The notes below the pieces were generated by a model. That model ran no database searches. It was not told the origin of the DNA and saw only the letters and a list, made by a program, of their open reading frames with translations. Source: Opitutus sp. GAS368 (GTDB lineage: Bacteria; Verrucomicrobiota; Verrucomicrobiia; Opitutales; Opitutaceae). Taken from it: 42,774 nucleotides of DNA. The position numbers and the translations under genes are program-made. The first letter of the stretch is position 1. Each line of letters begins with the position of its first letter. The stretch is from positions 1-42,774 of the forward strand of contig CAMAVZ010000017.1 of assembly GCA_945861645.1 (NCBI GenBank). Direction: 5' to 3'. Shown here in pieces: positions 35,753 through 42,774 of the stretch.

Positions 35753-38493
35753 TCACTTCTGCATCATTTCGCTCAGCCTGCTTTTGCCCCACTCACCCAA
35801 GCCTTAACGCGGCCGCCACACTGACGCGGACTTGGTTTCTATGCACTTGCGCCGCGCTTACGCTCTCCGCTGAACCAATCCCCAACGAAAAACCGAGCGA
35901 TCTACCTGAGGCCAGTATTCCCGCCGCCTTGCAAGTGGCGCCAGGCTTCAAGGTGGACTTGCTCTACAGTGTGCCCAAAGCAGAACAAGGCTCTTGGGTC
36001 AGTATCGCCCTGGATCCCCAAGGCCGGCTCCTCACGGCCGACCAATACGGTAGCCTCTACCGGATCAGCTTGCCGCCGATTAACACGGCCAAGGGAACAC
36101 AGGTAGAACGGCTCAAAATTGCCTTACCGGCCGTCCCGCTGACACCTGATTCGGAGACGACTCCGAAGCGCATGCAGGACGCGGAGGGAGGTACGCCCGC
36201 CATCGGAGCGCATGGCCTACTTTACGCTTTTGACAGTCTCTATGTCATGGTCGGCGAGGCTCCCAATAAACGCGGCCTGTGGCGGCTGCGCGACACGAAC
36301 GGCGACGATCAATTCGATGAACTGAAGTATCTCCGGGCGATGAAAGGAGGCGGCGAACATGGCCCGCATTCACTCGCGCTGTCGCCGGATGGAAAATCCA
36401 TCTACTTCGCCAACGGCAACCACACCGACTTACCCGTGCAGATGGAAAAATCTCGCGCGGTCCGCTGGGATGAAGACCACCTCCTGCCCCGCCTGTGGGA
36501 TGCCCGCGGCCATGCCAAAAATAAATATGCGCCGGGCGGTTATATCGGCCGGACTGATCCCGAGGGTAAATCGGTGGATCTTTTTGCGCTCGGCTTTCGC
36601 AACCAGTTCGATCTGTCCTTCGACCAAAATGGTGAGCTCTTCACTTACGATTCCGACATGGAATGGGATCAAGGTGCGCCTTGGTATATGCCCACCCGAA
36701 TCAATCACGTGGTGGACGCCGGTGATTACGGCTGGCGCAGTGGTGCCGGTCGCTGGCCGGCCTACTATAGTGACAGCTTACCGGCCGCCCTCGATATCGG
36801 GCCCGGTTCTCCGACGGGGACCGTCTTCGGCACGAACGCTAAATTTCCCGCGGCCTATCAGACAGCCCTTTTTGCCTGCGACTGGACCTACGGGACTCTC
36901 TACGCCATCCACCTCACGCCGGATGGCGCCACCTTTCGCGGAACCAAGGAAGAATTTGTTTCCGGCAAACCGCTCCCGCTCACTGATCTCGTCGTTAACC
37001 CTCATGACGGCGCGCTCTACTTCATCGTTGGCGGCCGCAAGACCCAATCGGCGCTTTATCGCGTTACTTACGTCGGAACAGAAAATACTAAGCCCGTCGC
37101 GCCGCCGGCCCCCACCCCAGAAGCGAAACTTCGGCATTCACTCGAAGCCTTACATAGTGAGGGAGTTGGTCCAGAGGCCATCGATACCATTTGGCCACAC
37201 CTTGGGCATTCCGACCGTTTTGTTCGTTTCGCCGCTCGCGCCGCCCTAGAGCGTCAACTCCCCCAAAATTGGGCGAAGCGCGCTTTACAGGAAAAAAATC
37301 CCTCAACCGCCCTCGAAGCTCTAACCGCCCTCGCCCGGGTTGGCGAACATTCCTATCAGGCACGGCTGATCGACGCTCTCATTAAATTCGACTTCGCCCA
37401 GCAACCCACCGAGTTCCGCTTTCGCCTCCTGCGCGCTTGGCAACTCGCGTTTACCCGTATGGGAAAACCAGATGCCGTCACCTGCGCCCGCCTCTTAAAA
37501 AAACTGGATCCACTTTTTCCGCAATCCGACGCCTTGCTCAACCGCGAACTTTTGGCGCTCCTAGTTTATCTTGATTCACCGACGATCGTGGAACGAGCAG
37601 TTCCCCTTCTCACCGTAGCAGAACCCCGCGGAACCTCCGCCGAAGAACTCGCGAGTCACGCGCTCCTCGCGCGTAACGATGATTACGGTCAAACCGTCGC
37701 TAAAGTAGCCGCCAGCCGGCCCGATCGTCAGCAAATTGCCATCGCCTATACCCTCCGCAACGCCACGGTCGGCTGGACTCCGGCACTGCGCGAGAAATTT
37801 TTCGCTTGGTTCCCGCGCACCCATCATTGGATGGGAGGCGCCAGCTTCACTGGATTTTTAAAAAATATCAGAAATGAATCTCTCGCCAAAGTTCCTAACC
37901 TAACCGAACGCACCGCTCTCGATGAACTTTCCAATGCCCCCGTGCATGCGATCGTCACTGGAGCCGTAATTCCGCGTGGTCCCGGTCGGGCCTACACCCT
38001 GAAAGACACGCTGCCACTTTTTCCCGCGAAGCTCACCGGTCGCGATTTCGCCCAAGGCAAAGCCATGTTTACCGCCACCGCGTGCACGGCTTGCCATCGT
38101 TTCAATGGGGAGGGAATCGGCATCGCTCCAGAAATTTCTGACGCCGGCCGGCGCTACAGCGTGCGTGATTTATTAGAAAACATCATCGAGCCTTCCCTCG
38201 TGATCAGCGATCAATACGGCAGCGAGGAGTTCACCATGCCCGAGGGCAACTCCATCGTCGGTCGCGTGCTCGGCGAAGAGGATGGCTGGATTAAAGTAAT
38301 GACTAATCCGTTTGCGCCAGATGAGGCCATGGGCGTGGAAATCGCCAAGATCATCGAACGCAAACCTTACCCCGTTTCGATGATGCCACCCGGACTCATC
38401 AACGCCCTCAATCCCGATGAGCTCAAAGACCTGCTCGCTTATATTCTTTCCGGCGGCAATCCTGCCGATGCGATGTTTGCCCCGCCGCCCTGA
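35749..38493 (+). CDS. PVC-type heme-binding protein (beta-propeller + HEAT + cytochrome c CxxCH)
   Basis: PGFKVDLLYSVP...QGSW, GGGEHGPH, GFRNQFD, YDSDMEWD.G.PWY.PTR, GPGSPTG, CTACH (38083-38097), IEPS..ISDQY, SMMPPGL..L...ELKDLLAY. Confidence 0.9.
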   Translation: MITSASFRSACFCPTHPSLNAAATLTRTWFLCTCAALTLSAEPIPNEKPSDLPEASIPAALQVAPGFKVDLLYSVPKAEQGSWVSIALDPQGRLLTADQYGSLYRISLPPINTAKGTQVERLKIALPAVPLTPDSETTPKRMQDAEGGTPAIGAHGLLYAFDSLYVMVGEAPNKRGLWRLRDTNGDDQFDELKYLRAMKGGGEHGPHSLALSPDGKSIYFANGNHTDLPVQMEKSRAVRWDEDHLLPRLWDARGHAKNKYAPGGYIGRTDPEGKSVDLFALGFRNQFDLSFDQNGELFTYDSDMEWDQGAPWYMPTRINHVVDAGDYGWRSGAGRWPAYYSDSLPAALDIGPGSPTGTVFGTNAKFPAAYQTALFACDWTYGTLYAIHLTPDGATFRGTKEEFVSGKPLPLTDLVVNPHDGALYFIVGGRKTQSALYRVTYVGTENTKPVAPPAPTPEAKLRHSLEALHSEGVGPEAIDTIWPHLGHSDRFVRFAARAALERQLPQNWAKRALQEKNPSTALEALTALARVGEHSYQARLIDALIKFDFAQQPTEFRFRLLRAWQLAFTRMGKPDAVTCARLLKKLDPLFPQSDALLNRELLALLVYLDSPTIVERAVPLLTVAEPRGTSAEELASHALLARNDDYGQTVAKVAASRPDRQQIAIAYTLRNATVGWTPALREKFFAWFPRTHHWMGGASFTGFLKNIRNESLAKVPNLTERTALDELSNAPVHAIVTGAVIPRGPGRAYTLKDTLPLFPAKLTGRDFAQGKAMFTATACTACHRFNGEGIGIAPEISDAGRRYSVRDLLENIIEPSLVISDQYGSEEFTMPEGNSIVGRVLGEEDGWIKVMTNPFAPDEAMGVEIAKIIERKPYPVSMMPPGLINALNPDELKDLLAYILSGGNPADAMFAPPP

Positions 38494-38572
38494 TTTTTCG
38501 TCAACTCCCTCGTTCGCTTGAGCTCAGGCATTTTTTATCCGCGAGCTTCCCGCCTCCTATCGCTGCTCATCC

Positions 38573-39307
38573 ATGAAATCATCCCTCCGCTTAATCGCTC
38601 GCTGCACCATACTCAGCCTTTTGGCCAGCTTAGCCCAAGGCGCCGAACCTGGCTTTAGCTCACTTTTCAACGGCCACGATCTCGCTGGTTGGTCTGGTAA
38701 TACTGATTTTTGGTCGGTCCAAGATGGAGCGATTACCGGACGCAGCACGGTCGAAACCCCGCTCAAAGGAAATACTTTTATTGTTTGGCAAGGTGGTCAG
38801 GTTACCAATTTCGAATTGCGTGCAAAATTTAAGTTAGTCGCTAACAACAATAAAAATTTCGCCAACTCCGGCGTGCAATATCGCAGTCGCCTGATTGATC
38901 CAGCCCACTGGGTCGTCGGCGGCTACCAAGCCGATATGGATGCAGGCAATACTTACACCGGAATGCTTTATGAGGAGAAAGGCCGGGGCATTCTCGTCCA
39001 ACCAGGCGAACGTATCCGCATCAGCGAGTTCGGTTCGACCGGGAAACCCCAACTCTCACCGATTGGCGTCCGTCTCGCGCCTACTGAAATAAAAGCAGCC
39101 ATTCATGCTGGTGAGTGGAACGACCTCGTCATTATCGCCGAAGGCAACCACCTCCGTCATTTTGTCAATGGGAAGCTCACGGCCGAAGCCATCGACACTG
39201 ATAGCACCAAAAGTGCTAGCACGGGTGTGCTCGCGCTCCAGCTTCACGCCGGCTTGCCGATGACGGTACAATTTAAGGATATTTTGCTCAAGACTCTCTC
39301 CCCGTAA
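38573..39307 (+). CDS. DUF1080 / 3-keto-disaccharide hydrolase family protein, secreted
   Basis: Signal peptide, SLFNGHDLAGW, WSVQDGAI, NFEL, NSGVQYRS, GYQAD, GEWN, G.LALQLH, FKDI. Confidence 0.92.
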   Translation: MKSSLRLIARCTILSLLASLAQGAEPGFSSLFNGHDLAGWSGNTDFWSVQDGAITGRSTVETPLKGNTFIVWQGGQVTNFELRAKFKLVANNNKNFANSGVQYRSRLIDPAHWVVGGYQADMDAGNTYTGMLYEEKGRGILVQPGERIRISEFGSTGKPQLSPIGVRLAPTEIKAAIHAGEWNDLVIIAEGNHLRHFVNGKLTAEAIDTDSTKSASTGVLALQLHAGLPMTVQFKDILLKTLSP

Positions 39308-39355
39308 GTTAAAACAGTTTAGGCGGCCTCACGCGGTAGCGCGGCTCCTCTCTCC

Positions 39356-42300
39356 ATGCGCTTGCTTATTAAATTACTCTTAGCCGCAACGGCTTTAGCT
39401 CTCATTGGCCTGTTGGCCTTCAGTTTCAATAAACGATCAGCCCCTTTTGAACTACACGACGGCGAGCGCGTAGTTTTCCTGGGCGATACCTTAATCGAAC
39501 GCGCCCAGTATCACGGCTGGATTGAGCTGATGCTCACCACGCGCTTTGCCGATCGTAACATTACCTTTCGCAACCTCGGCTGGAGCGCTGACACGCCTGA
39601 TGGCGATTCTCGCCTAGGATTAAGCCTGCTGCAAGCGGGCCATGAGCCTGCGGGCGAAAGTTGGCAGCAACTGGTTAAGCAGCTTGAAGCAGCCAAACCC
39701 AATGTCGTTTTTCTCGGCTACGGCATGGCGAGCTCCTTCGCCGGGGAAGCGGGTTTAAAGGATTTCAAAAAAAATTATACCCGACTGCTTGAGGTCATCC
39801 AACGCGTCTCACCCACCGTGCGATTCGTCCTGCTCGGACCCGTTCCCCATGAATCACTGGGCCCGCCTTGGGGCGACGCGGCCAAACATAATGAGCAACT
39901 GAGGCTTTATACTGAAGCGATCGGTGAAATCGCCCAATCGCAGCACGCGGCTTTCCCGCCTCTTTTCTTCCCGACGACTAAAAAAACGACCCCCGCCGTA
40001 TTTATTCCGCTCACTAACCTTCAGGCCAGTTCGTCGACGACTAAGCTGACCGACAACGGCATTCACCTCAATGATCAGGGTTATCGCGCCTTGGCTGAAT
40101 TAATCGAGCAGCAGCTTTTCGCGAGCCCCGGCGCTTGGCGCACTAGTCCCCAGACAGAAATTCTCCGCCAAGCCATTTTACGAAAGGATGAATGGTATTT
40201 TCATCGGTCGAGACCCGGAAATATGGCCTACATCTTTGGCTTTAGAAAAAAAGAACAAGGCGTCAATGCCGTCGAAATTCTCCAATTTGACGCAAATGTT
40301 TCTGCTGAAGAAGCCCGCATCGAGAAACTCCGTACCCTCCAACCAGCGGAGGTTCCGCCCATCCCGCGCCGCAGCGGCAATCTGATCACGCAGCGCGTTG
40401 AACAGGCCCACCCCCAATTCGAGGTCGCCGAGGGCCTCGAAGTCACGCTTTGGGCCGAGAATCCTCTGCTCGATAAACCGATCCAGATGAATTTCGACCC
40501 CCGCGGGCGGCTGTGGGTCGCCTGCTCGCCCGTCTACCCCCAAATCGAACCCGGCCAAGCGCCCACCGATAAAATTGTTATCCTCGAGGACACCACCGGG
40601 CAGGGACGCGCCGATAAAGTTACCCTTTTCGCTCAGGACCTCCTCATACCGACCGGCCTGGAGCCCGGCAACGGCGGCGTCTATGTGGCCCAAAGCACTG
40701 ATCTGCTTTTTCTTAAAGATACGGATGGCGACGGCAAAGCTGATGAACGGCGGGTCGTGCTCAGTGGATTTGGCACCGAAGATTCTCATCAAAATCTCCA
40801 CACGCTGCACTGGGGCCCCGATGGGCGCCTTTACATGAATCAGTCCGTGTACACGCGAACCAATACGGAAACGCCCTCCGGCATTGTACGCCTCAACGCG
40901 GGTGGTGTTTTTCGCTTTGATCCCCGCGATCAAAAAATGGAAATCGTCTACCGCGGCTGGGTTAATTCATGGGGCCACCAATTTGATCACTACGGCCAAT
41001 CCTTCTTCACCGATGGAGCTGGGAGTTTTGGCATCAGCTGGGGCGTTCCTGGGGCGACCTATTTCACCCTCGGCCCGGCTCGTCGGGTGCTGCAGAGCGT
41101 CAGCGTAGGCAGCTATCCCAAATTTTGCGGACTCGAGATTGTGCACAGCGCCCAATTTTCGAGCGACTGGCAAGGCGACCTCATCACTAACGATTTTCGG
41201 GGCAACCGCGTCGTGCGCTTTAAAATCTCCGATCAAGGCGCCGGCTATGTAACCCAGCAGATGCCTGATATCCTGCGCACCACGGCTGATTCATTTCGTC
41301 CCATCGATGTTAAACTCGGACCTGACGGCGCGCTCTATATCGCGGACTGGAGCAATCCGATTATTCAACACGGCGAGGTCGACTTCCGTGATCCACGGCG
41401 GGACAAAGTCCACGGTCGCATTTGGCGCGTAACGGCCAAGGGCCGGGCCCCTCTACTCAAAACTGATTTCACCCAGCTGACCGTCCCCGCCCTGCTTGAT
41501 CAGCTGCTCTCCCCCAATAATTACCATCTGGCCAGCGCACGCCGTGTGCTCATTGAGCGTGGTGCTGAACGCGTATTACCTGAACTCGCCCGCTGGACCC
41601 TGACTCATGCCACCGAGCCCGCGTTGCTTCAAGCGCTCTGGCTGTACCAAAGCTTCAATCAGCCACCGCAAAATATATTTACCACGTTATTGTCGGCCCA
41701 TGATCCCGGTATCCGAGCGGCAGCGATTCGGGCCCTACCGCCAGAAATGCCGAACGCCCTAGCGCAACTGACTCAGCTCGTCGCCGATCAAAATCCTCGT
41801 GTTCGTTTAGAAGCCGTCCGCGCCTTAGGAAAAATCCCCTCGGTCGCCGCCATGGATCAGGCCCTAACGGTGCTGAATTATCCCATGGATGTTTTTATCG
41901 ACCATGCCCTCTGGCTAACCGTCAATGAACTAGCCGATCCTTGGCTGGCCGCGGTAAAATCAGGAAATTGGAAAATTACCGGGCGCGAACATTATTTAAG
42001 CTTTGCGCTCAAGGCGCTCGAGCCAGCGCGCGCGGGGGAAGTGCTTGGACCGCTCCTCGCGCGCCAACCAATTTCGGCCGATGGTTCGGGCCCATGGATT
42101 GAACTGATCGGCTCAGCCGGCGAGATGGCTGAACTGCAGCAACTACTCGTCCAAATTAATGCCGGTGGCTTCACTGATGCCGCCACGATTCAAGCACTCG
42201 CGGCCCTCAATCAAGCCGCCCGTTTAAGGAAAAAAATTCCGACCGGAGAACTCACCCTCGCCCCGGCATTACTCCAGTCAGGCCATGAGCTCATTCGAAT

Positions 42301-42774
42301 TAATGCCGCTCAACTCATCGGGATATGGAAACTCTCGGCTTTTAACTCCATTTTACTTGAGATCGCCGGCCGCGCGGCCACCTCGCCCGCCGAACGCACC
42401 AGCGCCTTGACCGCGCTGCGCGAAATAGGCGGAGAGCAAGTCACGACGGGTCTGAAGCACCTTATCGGGCAAGCCGCCTCCCCCGCGATTCGGCGTGAAG
42501 CGGTGGTGGCACTCGCCCTATTAAATTTACCCGCGGCGCTACCTGAGATCCTCGCCGTGCTGCAAAAAGCCACCGCACCCACGGAAGCGCAACTCCTCTG
42601 GCGCGGTTTGCTTGGTATCAATGGCGCCGGCAATTTACTCGCTCAAGAGCTGCCCAAAACAGCGTTATCCGTCGAAGCCGCGCGGGAGGGTTTGCGCTTT
42701 GCGCGGGAAGGCAATCAGCACCCCGCCCTCGTCCAAGCGTTAACTCAAATCGCCGGACTCACCGTCTCCACCGT
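39356..42774 (+). CDS. PVC-type secreted protein (SGNH-like + beta-propeller dehydrogenase-like + HEAT repeats), 3'-truncated by window edge; absent from the ORF track
   Basis: Translated by hand from ATG 39356: MRLLIKLLLAATALALIGLLAFS..FELHDGERVVFLGDTLIER..FRNLGWSAD..LTDNGIHLN..KPIQMNFDPRGRLWV..FGTEDSHQ..FRPIDVKLGPDGALYIADW..HGRIWR; frame is still open at the window end. Confidence 0.9.
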   Translation, partial: MRLLIKLLLAATALALIGLLAFSFNKRSAPFELHDGERVVFLGDTLIERAQYHGWIELMLTTRFADRNITFRNLGWSADTPDGDSRLGLSLLQAGHEPAGESWQQLVKQLEAAKPNVVFLGYGMASSFAGEAGLKDFKKNYTRLLEVIQRVSPTVRFVLLGPVPHESLGPPWGDAAKHNEQLRLYTEAIGEIAQSQHAAFPPLFFPTTKKTTPAVFIPLTNLQASSSTTKLTDNGIHLNDQGYRALAELIEQQLFASPGAWRTSPQTEILRQAILRKDEWYFHRSRPGNMAYIFGFRKKEQGVNAVEILQFDANVSAEEARIEKLRTLQPAEVPPIPRRSGNLITQRVEQAHPQFEVAEGLEVTLWAENPLLDKPIQMNFDPRGRLWVACSPVYPQIEPGQAPTDKIVILEDTTGQGRADKVTLFAQDLLIPTGLEPGNGGVYVAQSTDLLFLKDTDGDGKADERRVVLSGFGTEDSHQNLHTLHWGPDGRLYMNQSVYTRTNTETPSGIVRLNAGGVFRFDPRDQKMEIVYRGWVNSWGHQFDHYGQSFFTDGAGSFGISWGVPGATYFTLGPARRVLQSVSVGSYPKFCGLEIVHSAQFSSDWQGDLITNDFRGNRVVRFKISDQGAGYVTQQMPDILRTTADSFRPIDVKLGPDGALYIADWSNPIIQHGEVDFRDPRRDKVHGRIWRVTAKGRAPLLKTDFTQLTVPALLDQLLSPNNYHLASARRVLIERGAERVLPELARWTLTHATEPALLQALWLYQSFNQPPQNIFTTLLSAHDPGIRAAAIRALPPEMPNALAQLTQLVADQNPRVRLEAVRALGKIPSVAAMDQALTVLNYPMDVFIDHALWLTVNELADPWLAAVKSGNWKITGREHYLSFALKALEPARAGEVLGPLLARQPISADGSGPWIELIGSAGEMAELQQLLVQINAGGFTDAATIQALAALNQAARLRKKIPTGELTLAPALLQSGHELIRINAAQLIGIWKLSAFNSILLEIAGRAATSPAERTSALTALREIGGEQVTTGLKHLIGQAASPAIRREAVVALALLNLPAALPEILAVLQKATAPTEAQLLWRGLLGINGAGNLLAQELPKTALSVEAAREGLRFAREGNQHPALVQALTQIAGLTVST

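Noticed and set aside
39950-40020. Frameshift or slippage at the A7 run in the last gene
   Set aside because: Hand translation stays in frame from FLGDT through LTDNGIHLN; the segment is at most a short insertion

Overview
A 42.8 kb stretch of a GC-rich bacterial genome. It is most likely PVC superphylum (Verrucomicrobia/Opitutae-like), judged from DUF1592/DUF1552 genes, PVC-type beta-propeller/CxxCH proteins, a PAS-AraC regulator and pyrimidine-rich leaders without Shine-Dalgarno sites. All protein calls come from motif recognition, not database searches. Left part (1-19.6 kb): a DUF1588/1585 + DUF1552 pair, an aldo-keto reductase and an esterase, followed by a LacI-controlled carbohydrate-scavenging locus. 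That locus is marked by three copies of the perfect operator GCAAACGTTTGC and contains a TonB receptor, a propeller-fused Na+/solute symporter, GH127, a ribokinase-family kinase with a deoxyribokinase-like Met, LacI, a glycosidase-like/FGE-fold fusion, a CitE-like lyase and a CaiB CoA-transferase. At 20.08-20.30 kb lies an integrase attachment site with no integrase in the window: a tRNA-Ser 3' end flanked on both sides by GAGTCYTGCCA arm-type repeats, plus 10-bp-phased repeats. This points to a genomic-island boundary or tandem-island junction. Right part: a type III PKS/methyltransferase/FAD-oxidoreductase cluster, two gene remnants, and a long same-strand sugar-redox cluster. The latter holds a mutarotase-like gene, PAS-AraC, a PMI-like cupin, two TIM-barrel epimerase/lyase-like genes, a levoglucosan-dehydrogenase-like oxidoreductase, three giant secreted propeller proteins (one with a blue-copper domain, one with heme c) and DUF1080. 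The last gene runs off the window end and is missing from the ORF track. No CRISPR array, rRNA, intact tRNA, transposase or integrase was seen.
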